Assembly (NCBI GenBank): GCA_002422315.1
Contig: DIUJ01000050.1
Span: 27 to 64,026, forward strand
Length of the DNA: 64,000 nucleotides
From: Bacteroidetes bacterium UBA6161
GTDB lineage: Bacteria; Bacteroidota; Bacteroidia; NS11-12g; UBA955
Reading direction: 5' to 3'
Made by a program: the position numbers and the translations under genes
Notes under the pieces: model-generated
Database searches by the model: none
Told to the model about the DNA's origin: nothing
What the model saw: the letters and a program-made list of their open reading frames with translations, nothing else
Shown here: positions 55,304 to 64,000 of the stretch, piece by piece
Numbering within the stretch: the stretch's first letter is position 1
Layout of the letters: the number at the start of each line of letters is the position of its first letter

Positions 55304-55897
55304 TTATAAAGAATGTATCCCTAACAATTTCTTGTGGATGTGCAAAACCTGCAACAAGATGGAATGCTCTCCATCGTTTTGAATAACATAATCCGATTTG
55401 GATATTTTCTCTTCGTCTGAGAGTTGATTTTCGATTCGCTTAAGCACTTCTTCCCTGCTCAAACTATCCCTTTCCATCACTCTTTGTATTCTTAATTCTA
55501 GTGGCGAAACCACCAGTATTATTTTATCTAATCCTTTGTAGGAACCACTTTCGAAAAGTATAGCTGCTTCTTTAAGTGTATAAGGCGCATGTTTGTGTTG
55601 TGAACAAAACTCTTCGTAATCCTTTTCAACTGCCGGATGAACAGCATCATTTAATTCTTTGAGTAAACTAGGGTTTGTAAACGCTTTTTGGGCTATCCCT
55701 TTTCGGTTTAGTTCCCCTTCTATATATGCTTGATTCCCGAATAGATGTTGAATTTTTTGTTTCAATTCTGGTTTGTTGTTCATAAGCCACTTTGCTCTTT
55801 GATCAGAAGAGTAAAAGGGGATTCCTAAAAAAACAAAAGCAGCGGAAACTGTTGATTTTCCGCTGCCTATGCCGCCTGTAATGCCTATTTTAAGCAT
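55304..55897 (-). CDS. coaE: Dephospho-CoA kinase
   Basis: IGITGGIGSGKSTV P-loop, ~197 aa. Confidence 0.9.
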   Translation of the reverse strand: MLKIGITGGIGSGKSTVSAAFVFLGIPFYSSDQRAKWLMNNKPELKQKIQHLFGNQAYIEGELNRKGIAQKAFTNPSLLKELNDAVHPAVEKDYEEFCSQHKHAPYTLKEAAILFESGSYKGLDKIILVVSPLELRIQRVMERDSLSREEVLKRIENQLSDEEKISKSDYVIQNDGEHSILLQVLHIHKKLLGIHSL

Positions 55898-55908
55898 ACA
55901 TTCAAAAC

Positions 55909-56214
55909 TTATTTATTTTGAGCTGCCAAACTTAATTCGGCAGAAATCCCAGTTTTTTCTATCTCAAATTGGGTTTCGCCATGGCACTGTATGGTAATGG
56001 TTGTGTCCGACATACCATGTATTTTTCCATGTATGCCACCAGTTGTAACAACTTTGTCGCCTTTTTTAAGTTCTTCTAGAAATTTCTTGGTCTTTTTATT
56101 TTTTCTTGATTGTGGTAAAATCATAAAAACATAAAACACAACCATAATAAGAATAAGAGGCAGCCAAGTTTCCATTCCTCCTGACTTTGCTTGTTGTAAT
56201 AAAATATGAAACAT
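55909..56214 (-). CDS. yajC: Preprotein translocase subunit YajC
   Basis: Single TM helix followed by LPQSRKNKKTKKFLEELKKGDKVVTTGGIHGKI. Confidence 0.85.
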   Translation of the reverse strand: MFHILLQQAKSGGMETWLPLILIMVVFYVFMILPQSRKNKKTKKFLEELKKGDKVVTTGGIHGKIHGMSDTTITIQCHGETQFEIEKTGISAELSLAAQNK

Positions 56215-56232
56215 TGTAATTATTTAGTTAGA

Positions 56233-56688
56233 TTATTTAGATGGCAATACAGTTGCCTTAATGTTTAGATAAGAAGTGGCTTCTCTACCATTGGTTACTA
56301 CGGTTACTTTTTTCTGGTTTTCGCCTATTTTACCAGAGCTATTAAAAGAAACTAAAATCACTCCTTCATCTCCAGGGTTAAGAGGTTCTGTAGGGTACCT
56401 AGGAACAGTACAGCCACAGTCTCCTTTCGCATCAGAGATTAGCAATACACCATCTCCGGTATTTGAAAATCTAAAAGCAACTTCTACAATTTCGCCATCT
56501 GTAATGGTACCAAAGTCGTGCTCAGTTTTTTCAAATGTCATGATTGGCATACCCTCATCCGAACCATTTGGATTTGCAAGAGTTGCATTGTCTTTAATTG
56601 CGTCGGTAGATACTTCCGAAGAAGAATTACTGGAACAAGAGCCCAAGAAAAGAGCCACAACGCTAAGTCCTAAAAATATTTTTTTCAT
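56233..56688 (-). CDS. DUF1573 domain-containing lipoprotein
   Basis: Lipobox LGSCSS. HDFGTI..G..VEVAFRFSNTGDGVLLISDAKGDCGCTVP matches the DUF1573 pattern. Confidence 0.8.
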   Translation of the reverse strand: MKKIFLGLSVVALFLGSCSSNSSSEVSTDAIKDNATLANPNGSDEGMPIMTFEKTEHDFGTITDGEIVEVAFRFSNTGDGVLLISDAKGDCGCTVPRYPTEPLNPGDEGVILVSFNSSGKIGENQKKVTVVTNGREATSYLNIKATVLPSK

Positions 56689-56724
56689 ATCAGTTTTTAA
56701 AATTAGTCTGCAATATTACAAAAA

Positions 56725-57669
56725 TTAATGGTCTTTCAAACCCCTGCCTTCTTTTACTATTTTGCCAGAGGCAGACAGCTGAACCTTTATTTTATCGAGT
56801 ATTCCATTTATAAAAGTGTGGCTTTTGGGCGTGCTAAATTCTTTGGCTATATCCAAATATTCGTTAATAGTAACTTTTAGAGGAATCAAAGGAAAATGCA
56901 AAAACTCTGTAATAGCCATTTGCATTAAGATTATATCGGTTTTGGAAATCCTTTCTGGGTCCCAATTCTGGGAATAGTCGTGCATCATTTGGTCATACAC
57001 ATCCCTATCTTTCATGGTTATTTGCAACAATTGTTTTGCAAAGGAATAATCGTCCTCTCGGTTTACAAATATATCCGACAATACAAGGCCTTTTTCTGCG
57101 CTGGTATCTTCTATAGATTTCTTAAGTAACCTATAATGAACAAAAACATCGTTGTCCCAATCCAAATAAACCCCTTTCATTTCTTGAATAAAATCCTCGT
57201 TGCTTTCGAATAAGTAGCCAAACAATTGAATTAAAAATTCTTTCTGTTGGCTTATGCTTCTTTCTTCAAAAACCAAGTAGTCAATAAAGAAGGGCTCTTG
57301 TTTTATGCTTTTAAAAACTTTGTTGAACAATTCTCCAAAATTATTCCAACGGAAAGTAGACTTGCTGGTTTTACTATGCAAAATTTCAGACTTGTCTACT
57401 TCTTCTATAAATGCAGTATTGTTAAGCACGCTTGCTTCTCTCAATTTTTCCTTGTTAGGGAAATACTTTTCTAATTCAATTTGTTTTTCAGAATCAAGGT
57501 AAGAATCGAAATAAGAGGGGAATTTTAACAGGAAAAAATACATCTGTTCAAATTCTTCAATATTTCTGTTAAAATCAGTAATCACCGCTTTGGCTTCTAC
57601 TTCATTTCTTGCTCGGCTAGCATAAAGAACTTGATATGCTTTAATTCGTAATATTCGTCTGGTAAGCAT
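56725..57669 (-). CDS. nusB: Transcription antitermination factor NusB (long Bacteroidota form)
   Basis: N-terminal RRILRIKAYQVLY. The C-terminal NusB core has ITEFLHF...P.KVTINEYLDIAKEFST..S..FINGILDKI. Confidence 0.8.
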   Translation of the reverse strand: MLTRRILRIKAYQVLYASRARNEVEAKAVITDFNRNIEEFEQMYFFLLKFPSYFDSYLDSEKQIELEKYFPNKEKLREASVLNNTAFIEEVDKSEILHSKTSKSTFRWNNFGELFNKVFKSIKQEPFFIDYLVFEERSISQQKEFLIQLFGYLFESNEDFIQEMKGVYLDWDNDVFVHYRLLKKSIEDTSAEKGLVLSDIFVNREDDYSFAKQLLQITMKDRDVYDQMMHDYSQNWDPERISKTDIILMQMAITEFLHFPLIPLKVTINEYLDIAKEFSTPKSHTFINGILDKIKVQLSASGKIVKEGRGLKDH

Positions 57670-57747
57670 GGAACGTTTTTAAGGGGTGCAAAGGTAGAAA
57701 AAAAAGGGAGCTAAAAAATTAAAGTTTTAAGAAAATCCAACTTCATC

Positions 57748-58197
57748 TTATTTATTTTTGGTATCCAACCATATTGTTACAGGGCCATCGTTTTGCAAAT
57801 ATACTTGCATATCTGCCCCAAACTCTCCTGTAGCCACTCTCAATCCTGAAAAATCGCCTAGTTTAGATACAAAATCTTGGTATAATGGAATTGCAAGCAA
57901 AGGTGGTGCCGCACTAGTAAAGGAAGGCCTACTTCCTTTTTGGGTTTGGGCAAACAAGGTAAACTGACTGATTACTAAAAACTCTAGCTTAAGGTCGATA
58001 GCCGAAAGGTTCATTTTTCCTTCTCGGTCAGAAAAAATTCTCATTTGAGCAATCTTTTTTACCAAATATTCAATCTCCTCTTTAGTATCGGTTTCTTCAA
58101 TTCCCAAAAAAACCAATAAACCTTGATTTATTTGCCCTATCGTATTGTTTGCAACCTCTACTTTGGCGCTTTTTACTCTTTGAATCAGAGCCCTCAT
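57748..58197 (-). CDS. dtd: D-aminoacyl-tRNA deacylase
   Basis: MRALIQRV, ISQFTL, GSRPSF, GEFGADMQV motifs. Confidence 0.92.
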   Translation of the reverse strand: MRALIQRVKSAKVEVANNTIGQINQGLLVFLGIEETDTKEEIEYLVKKIAQMRIFSDREGKMNLSAIDLKLEFLVISQFTLFAQTQKGSRPSFTSAAPPLLAIPLYQDFVSKLGDFSGLRVATGEFGADMQVYLQNDGPVTIWLDTKNK

Positions 58198-59021
58198 TTA
58201 CCTTTTTTCTTGGTTTTATCCTCTTTGGCTTCCAAACTATAATTAAGCCCTATCTCTAGGTTTAAACCATACAAGTGGTGCCTTTCTATTCCATAACTAG
58301 CAAAAAGAATATGTTTCTTAATATTAGGCTGAAGGTAAAGTTTCATTTTTGGATATATATCTATCTCCATTCTTGCGCCAACAATAGCAGAAATATTAAA
58401 AGGAATGGGATTTAATTCGGTATTGGTAACCACATCATTTTTTCTACCATAAGGGGTAAAAGAAACGTACTCTAAAAATAAATCATGCTTAAACATATAG
58501 CCCAAACTGCCTCCAAAAAACCAAGAAAAATTCAACTCTTTGTTTTTTAGACCTTGAAAAAGGAAATCTTTACCAAACAAAACAGACAAATCAATAAACT
58601 GGTAATTGTTGTTGTAAACAATTTGTCGCGGAATTGTAGTTACATCTACAATTCTATTCTGATTAGGGAATTCAGTTTCTAGATTGGGGTGTATTACATC
58701 CCCAAAATTTACATCTTCTTTCACCCTTTTAAACCCCATATTTTGGTAGCTTAAACTAGTAAAAACATTCCAATCTCTTCCTGTCCTAAATCTGAAATTT
58801 ACTCCAAAACCAATATCTTGTCTCATTTTATCTATTCTATCCAAAGAATCCACTTGACCGGGAATTGCATCTTTTATTTGAAGTATTCTACCTTGGAAAG
58901 AGGGAATAAAGGAAATACCAACAGACTTGTTTTCATATACAATCTGAGCAAGGGTATTTTTGCTAAAAAACAATAAAAAAGCTGTAAAAAACACAGCAAA
59001 AATCCTGTACATGTTTCTCAT
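58194..59021 (-). CDS. Outer-membrane beta-barrel protein (uncharacterised)
   Basis: Signal peptide ...FSKNTLAQ and alternating strand pattern. 4-nt overlaps with both neighbours suggest an operon with the MATE pump and dtd. Confidence 0.6.
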   Translation of the reverse strand: MRNMYRIFAVFFTAFLLFFSKNTLAQIVYENKSVGISFIPSFQGRILQIKDAIPGQVDSLDRIDKMRQDIGFGVNFRFRTGRDWNVFTSLSYQNMGFKRVKEDVNFGDVIHPNLETEFPNQNRIVDVTTIPRQIVYNNNYQFIDLSVLFGKDFLFQGLKNKELNFSWFFGGSLGYMFKHDLFLEYVSFTPYGRKNDVVTNTELNPIPFNISAIVGARMEIDIYPKMKLYLQPNIKKHILFASYGIERHHLYGLNLEIGLNYSLEAKEDKTKKKGK

Positions 59022-60385
59022 AAATTGGGAGTATTAAGACGCTTCAATAATCTGAAAAATCTTTGAATAATTAGTATGGAAGCAAAAGAAAGTCCAACAA
59101 TAAATCCGACCCACACCCCATTTACACCCCAATCTAATTTAATACCAAGCACATAGGAAACAGGAATACCCGCAATCCAGTAGGAAAAGAAAGCGATAAA
59201 AGAGGGGATTTTCACATCTTTCATTCCTCTAAGTAGTCCCAAACCTGCACTTTGTAAGCCATCTGGTATTTGAAAAATTGCCGCAAGGATTAATAGCGAC
59301 ACGGTAATCCTTATCACTTCTGGGTCCTGCGAAAAAGTTAGGGCCAACTGTTGGTTAAATACAACAAACATAAGCGCACAAAAACTCATGTACAACAAAA
59401 CCAAAAATATAATAACCTTACCGGACTGTAGCAATTGTTTGAAATTTGCAGCCCCATAAGCATTTCCTACCAATACAGAACCAGCAGCCGCCAAACCTGT
59501 AGCCCCCATAAAGGTAACCGAAGCCAAGTTGAGCGCTATATTATGAGAAGCTTGCGGAATGGCACCAATCCAACCCGCCATTATGGCCGCAAAAGAAAAA
59601 GCAGCTACTTCAAAAAAGAATTGTAAGCCAATAGGATAACCCATTCTCCATACTTTTTTTACATAATTGTGGGTAAACTGGTATTTACTTTTCAGGGTCT
59701 GAGCAAAAGATTTATAATCCTTGTCGCTATGCACATAATACACCAAAGCTATAGCCATAGCAGCCCTAACCACAAGGGTGGCCCACGCAGCTCCCTTTAG
59801 TCCCATTGCAGGAATAAACTCCCAGCCATAAATAAACAAATAATTCAATACAATATTTAAAACCAATCCTACTAAAGTAATGGCAGAGGCAGGAACTGTA
59901 CGCGAGTGTCCATCCAAATACTGTTTGTACACTGCAAAAATAAGCAAAGGCCATACCGACCAATTTACGATATTCAAATAGTCTTTACACAATTCGGTAA
60001 CCTCAGGTGTTTGTCCTACCCATTCAAAATTATAGGTTAAAAAACTGTAAAGCAAAAACAAAAACGAAGATAGCAAAAGTCCGATTTTAGTGGCTGATTT
60101 GAGCACCAAAATACTTTTCCAACCCCTCCCGCTTCCACAGGCAATAGCTACCAAAGGCGATATAGAGAACATAACCCCCATGGCAAACATAAAAAACAAA
60201 AAAAACATGGCATTGGCCACACCCACTGCTGCAATTTCGTTTGTGCCAACCTTCCCCACCATTAGCAGGTCGAAGAAACCCATAAATACCAGACCCAACT
60301 GACCAAAAATAATAGGTAAGGCTATTTTTAATGCTTGCTTGGATTGACCAAAAAAATCTGACGTACTAATCCCCCAAAATCTCAT
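59018..60385 (-). CDS. MATE family efflux transporter
   Basis: 12-TM protein with N-terminal ALPIIFGQLGLVFMGFFDLLMVG typical of NorM/MATE. ATG at 60385 chosen because a -7 box (TACTTTTG, 60413-60420) overlaps the longer TTG start. Confidence 0.85.
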   Translation of the reverse strand: MRFWGISTSDFFGQSKQALKIALPIIFGQLGLVFMGFFDLLMVGKVGTNEIAAVGVANAMFFLFFMFAMGVMFSISPLVAIACGSGRGWKSILVLKSATKIGLLLSSFLFLLYSFLTYNFEWVGQTPEVTELCKDYLNIVNWSVWPLLIFAVYKQYLDGHSRTVPASAITLVGLVLNIVLNYLFIYGWEFIPAMGLKGAAWATLVVRAAMAIALVYYVHSDKDYKSFAQTLKSKYQFTHNYVKKVWRMGYPIGLQFFFEVAAFSFAAIMAGWIGAIPQASHNIALNLASVTFMGATGLAAAGSVLVGNAYGAANFKQLLQSGKVIIFLVLLYMSFCALMFVVFNQQLALTFSQDPEVIRITVSLLILAAIFQIPDGLQSAGLGLLRGMKDVKIPSFIAFFSYWIAGIPVSYVLGIKLDWGVNGVWVGFIVGLSFASILIIQRFFRLLKRLNTPNL

Positions 60386-60521
60386 GCTATGCTTTCTTTT
60401 TAAATAAAGTGGCAAAAGTAGAGATTATTTCACTACTCCAAGGGCAATTATTTGGGAAATAAAAGTATAAACGTCCTTCTTATTTTCTGTTATTGATTAT
60501 CTTTGCAATCCTTTGAGAATA

Positions 60522-61106
60522 ATGAAGCAAACATACCTGAAAAACTTTATTGTAATTTCCTTGCTGCTTTTGGGGTCTTCTATAAATGCCCAGAAATTAG
60601 ACAGTATACAAAAGTTTGACAGTTTAAAACTCAGAAACTTTGAAGACTCAAGCATTGTAGAAGAATTTCCTCAAATAAAAGCCCTTACCGATAGTTTTTG
60701 GTTTGCTATTAAAACAAACAACCCCAATATTATTCTTAACCAAACCCCTCCTTATAGCGCTTACAAAGAATACGTAGACTCTACCCCTGCAGCTAAATTT
60801 ACAGAAACTACACTTTTTTATAAACACAAATACTTTTACTTTGGACTTAATAAACAATATAAAAAACTTAGAAAAGATTCTAAAAAACTTGGGGTAATTT
60901 TAAACAGAGCCAAAGTAAAGCACGCGTTTTATGAATTTGGTATAGATGATTTGTACCAAAAAGAATACTGCTACATAAACCTAGAACTAGATAGAAATAA
61001 AAAAAGTGCATACAGAATTAGAATCTTACTTTTAAAAATGGGGAATGAATGGTACTTTGCCGACGAGTTAGCCTTGCTTGAAAGCAAAGACAACCGTGTA
61101 AAATAA
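60522..61106 (+). CDS. Hypothetical secreted protein
   Basis: Signal peptide MKQTYLKNFIVISLLLLGSSINAQ. -7 box TATCTTTG (60498-60505) lies 16 nt upstream. Confidence 0.55.
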   Translation: MKQTYLKNFIVISLLLLGSSINAQKLDSIQKFDSLKLRNFEDSSIVEEFPQIKALTDSFWFAIKTNNPNIILNQTPPYSAYKEYVDSTPAAKFTETTLFYKHKYFYFGLNKQYKKLRKDSKKLGVILNRAKVKHAFYEFGIDDLYQKEYCYINLELDRNKKSAYRIRILLLKMGNEWYFADELALLESKDNRVK

Positions 61107-61179
61107 GCTTTCTATTCACATAAAGTGAACAACTCCATTTCGCTTTTCTGTGTAATTTTTGAAATTTCGCGGTTTATAC

Positions 61180-62382
61180 ATGAAAAAATTCTCTCTTTTC
61201 CTTCTTTTTTCGATATGCTTTTCAAGCTCACTTGTGCATGCAAAAATACAAAAAGACAGTGCGGATTGGTTGCATTACACTATTCAAAAAGGTGACTATG
61301 CTAGTAAAATATTTGAAAAATACCATTTAAATAACGAGCTAGATATCCAAGCATTTTGGGAAATAAACCAAATTAAAAACAAACAAATATTGGTACTTGG
61401 AGTGAGCTACAAGTTGCCCATAAAAGTATATCCTAAAATGGCGGGCAACATTCGTTCTACCATAGGTATCTCCGACTACAACCACGCTTTGAGAATACAA
61501 AACTGGAACCTACACTTGGAAAAAGAAGGAATAAAAACCCAAAAAATGGGCCCCGGTAAAGAATTGTGGGTAAGAAAAAGCGACCTTTCTGGTAATTACA
61601 CCCAAGCAAAAGAATCCAAATCAGAACTTAAGATTAGCGACCTTATAGATACACGCTTATTTGGCAAAGAGGCAAACAATATACAGATTTTAGATAGCAG
61701 CCTAAAAGGAAGTGTTTTTTATATAATAAGCGGCCATGGCGGGCCCGACCCTGGAACCAATATTACGCTAGATGGACATTTTCTATGCGAAGATGAATAT
61801 GCCTACGATGTAAGTTTGCGATTAGCTAAAGAATTGGTTCAAAAAAGTGCCAAAGTATACATGATAGTTCAAGACTTTAGCCATGGAATACGAGAAGAAA
61901 AATACTTAAAACACGACAGAAACGAGAAAGTGATTGGAAATAAAGAAATTCCTTTAAACCAAATTAAAAGACTACAACAACGCACCGATGCAGTAAACCA
62001 ATTGTACCAACAAAACAAAAACAAGTATACGCACCACCGATGCATTGAAATTCATGTAGATAGCAGAAGTAAAAAGGAACAAATAGATGTGTTTTTTTAC
62101 CACCACGGCCAAAGCAGCAAAGGCAAAGACCTAAGCAATTTGATGCTAGAAACATTTAAAAACAAGTATGAAACCTACCAAAAAGGAAGAGGCTACCAAG
62201 GTGAAATAAAAACCAGAAACCTGTATACTATAGTGCATGCACACCCCACTACGGTGTATATAGAACTAGGAAATATACAGCACAAAAAAGACCAACAGCG
62301 CATACTTATTCCCGAAAACCGAGAGGCACTAGCCAAATGGATGGCAGAAGCTGTAGAATTGGAAAAGAAGAAGAATAGGTAA
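61180..62382 (+). CDS. N-acetylmuramoyl-L-alanine amidase (Amidase_3) with N-terminal LysM-like domain
   Basis: YTIQKGDYASKIFEKY (LysM-like), then IISGHGGPDPG, CEDEYAYDV and IEIHVDS typical of Amidase_3. Confidence 0.75.
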   Translation: MKKFSLFLLFSICFSSSLVHAKIQKDSADWLHYTIQKGDYASKIFEKYHLNNELDIQAFWEINQIKNKQILVLGVSYKLPIKVYPKMAGNIRSTIGISDYNHALRIQNWNLHLEKEGIKTQKMGPGKELWVRKSDLSGNYTQAKESKSELKISDLIDTRLFGKEANNIQILDSSLKGSVFYIISGHGGPDPGTNITLDGHFLCEDEYAYDVSLRLAKELVQKSAKVYMIVQDFSHGIREEKYLKHDRNEKVIGNKEIPLNQIKRLQQRTDAVNQLYQQNKNKYTHHRCIEIHVDSRSKKEQIDVFFYHHGQSSKGKDLSNLMLETFKNKYETYQKGRGYQGEIKTRNLYTIVHAHPTTVYIELGNIQHKKDQQRILIPENREALAKWMAEAVELEKKKNR

Positions 62383-62585
62383 TAGCCTTAAAATCTACTC
62401 CTAAAAAATGGAATGAATGTAAATAGGATTGGTTTATAAACGTTTAACTTGTACGCTCATCATGTTTGATTTTATTCTCTGTATCTTAAACACTTGTTTT
62501 ATATGATAAACAAAACACAGTTTTAGAGAGAAAACATACTTTATACCTAATAAAATGGAGGTATGTATAATACTTGGAACAAATA

Positions 62586-63806
62586 TCAGCGTAATGATTT
62601 TATCTTTTCATAGAAGAAATTAAAAACTTCTTCATCCTCTAATTTTTCGGTATGAATATACTGTACCACACCTTGTTTGTCTAATAGAAAAAACGTAGGG
62701 AAACTAGTAATTGCCCACATTAGGGTAGATTTTTGGGTAGTATTTCCATTTTTGCCCAAAAAATAACAAGACACTTTCCCTTCCAATAAATTTTGTGCAA
62801 GAACCTGTTTAGCAAAACTTTCCGAGTATTTTTTTTCAGAGCCCGCGTCAATTAAAATTACTTGTAGTTCATTAGGAAAAGAATCCATGAGGCGTGAAAA
62901 AACCTGTACGCCTTGTAAATGCTCGTGGGTCATAAACCAAGTATAATCTAAAAGAGTGATTTTATTAGAATCATAAAGTTGAGCAGGGCTAACATAAGGA
63001 CGCAAAAAACCTGATGAAAACTTCTTATATAAAAATGAATCTAAATGAGACGTATCCGATTTCCTACGGTACTCTATACTCCCAAAAATTGGGATTTCTA
63101 TACATGCAGAAGCATTCAATGAAGGCAAGGAATTTTTTCTTGAATAAGAGAAATTATAAAAAGATTTTACTTGTACCACCTCTACCCCACGAACCATCCA
63201 ATATTCTTCTTCTTTGTAATTTTTATATCTGCCATCAGCAAAAAATTCCAAGGTGATTTTTTTCTTATGCTTTTTATGCTCCAAAACTATTTTTATTTCT
63301 TCCTTAGTCTGTTCTAATAAAAGACTATACAGAGAGGTGTTCCATTTAAAATCTTTTGCAAAAACTGTAGTAAACCAAGGTATCTCAGGGTTAAAGTACT
63401 CCTGAATATAGCACTTAGAGCGCGGAAGAACACAAGGCGATAGTTTATAATTTGGGCTATTAAGCAAAAGGCTAACATTGGTATCTGAAAAAGAAGCATA
63501 ATACACCCCTTTGTCACTATATTTAGGAAGGGCCCATGAAGTTCTACTAAATATGAAGGTATCTTTTATTTTATTTTGAATATATGAGTAGCTGTATTTG
63601 CTGGTATCGGTACTTGTAGTATTGTAGCGAATACAATCCCACTGCATTTCTACCAAGTCCTGTTTGTGGTAAGCCTTTGCTTTAGCAAATATTTGTTTTA
63701 CTTTGGTGCTATCGTGAATTGGTTGTTTTGCAAATACAATTCCACCTTTAAATAAAAAGAATAGCAGTAGCATAAATGTTCTAAATGAACCAAAAGAATA
63801 ATTCAT
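62586..63806 (-). CDS. Distant fifth member of the two-domain thioredoxin-fold family, lacking both active-site cysteines
   Basis: Signal peptide. LLDYTWFMTHEHL sits where P1/P4 have LLDFWFIGCNPC. C-terminal SFPTFFLLDKQGVVQY is the cis-Pro region. -7 box TATTTTTG (63811-63818) lies 4 nt from the ATG. Confidence 0.6.
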   Translation of the reverse strand: MNYSFGSFRTFMLLLFFLFKGGIVFAKQPIHDSTKVKQIFAKAKAYHKQDLVEMQWDCIRYNTTSTDTSKYSYSYIQNKIKDTFIFSRTSWALPKYSDKGVYYASFSDTNVSLLLNSPNYKLSPCVLPRSKCYIQEYFNPEIPWFTTVFAKDFKWNTSLYSLLLEQTKEEIKIVLEHKKHKKKITLEFFADGRYKNYKEEEYWMVRGVEVVQVKSFYNFSYSRKNSLPSLNASACIEIPIFGSIEYRRKSDTSHLDSFLYKKFSSGFLRPYVSPAQLYDSNKITLLDYTWFMTHEHLQGVQVFSRLMDSFPNELQVILIDAGSEKKYSESFAKQVLAQNLLEGKVSCYFLGKNGNTTQKSTLMWAITSFPTFFLLDKQGVVQYIHTEKLEDEEVFNFFYEKIKSLR

Positions 63807-63962
63807 TTGTCAAAAATAAGAAATAAACTTAAAAAGAGGGTAGCATACCAAAAAAAACAGGAGATTATGAAATGATGTATAACCTCTAATAACTGAAGCA
63901 AGCAATATCCATATTAAAAAATAAAAAAACCAATCCTATGATAACGGAGTATCTTTGAAAAA

Positions 63963-64000
63963 ATGAAGTATATAATTATCAGTCTGTTATTAATAATAAC
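63963..64000 (+). CDS. Start of an unidentified gene running off the window (MKYIIISLLLII...)
   Basis: ATG lies 5 nt downstream of an exact -7 box TATCTTTG (63950-63957). The N-terminus is hydrophobic. Only 12 codons are visible. Confidence 0.35.
   Translation, partial: MKYIIISLLLII

Noticed and set aside
56276-56728. 150-aa plus-strand ORF
   Set aside because: It is fully antisense to the well-supported DUF1573 lipoprotein gene, and its Ser/Pro-rich translation is typical of a shadow ORF.

Overview
Low-GC chromosomal window from a Bacteroidota (Flavobacteriia-like) genome. Supporting signs are four T9SS C-terminal sorting domains, a fused SecDF, a long NusB, DUF2723 and DUF1573 proteins, and TAnnTTTG -7 promoter boxes. 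I support about 58 protein genes and recognised no rRNA, tRNA, CRISPR array or transposase gene. Housekeeping blocks occupy both flanks: purC, argS, iscU/iscA, ilvE, rdgB, queA, secDF, clpP/clpX and katG on one side, and coaE-yajC-DUF1573-nusB, dtd and a MATE pump on the other. They surround a minus-strand accessory segment at about 36.9-47.5 kb, which is the most interesting part. That segment holds (i) a tandem array of four secreted thioredoxin-fold paralogs. They have near-identical 5' and 3' ends and divergent middles; one is frameshifted in a C5 run and one has a degenerate CXXC. Two uncharacterised beta-barrel-like proteins precede the array. (ii) An orphan cysteine-rich lipoprotein with a duplicated 6-Cys module, bracketed by a full-length and a duplication-truncated XRE regulator. 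(iii) Three copies of an inverted-repeat-bounded intergenic element. Two of them carry a conserved small hydrophobic ORF, which is a speculative type I toxin-like candidate. One is interrupted by a 145-bp MITE whose 13-bp terminal inverted repeats, 7-bp target duplication and paralogous empty site are all visible in this window. Other non-coding oddities are a heptanucleotide (GTAAACY) repeat field between convergent genes, a 122-bp tandem duplication with 10-bp hairpins, a 14-bp perfect hairpin over a start codon, and many -7 boxes only 4-7 nt from the ATG, implying leaderless mRNAs. All functional calls come from reading the translations and motifs by eye; no database search was run.
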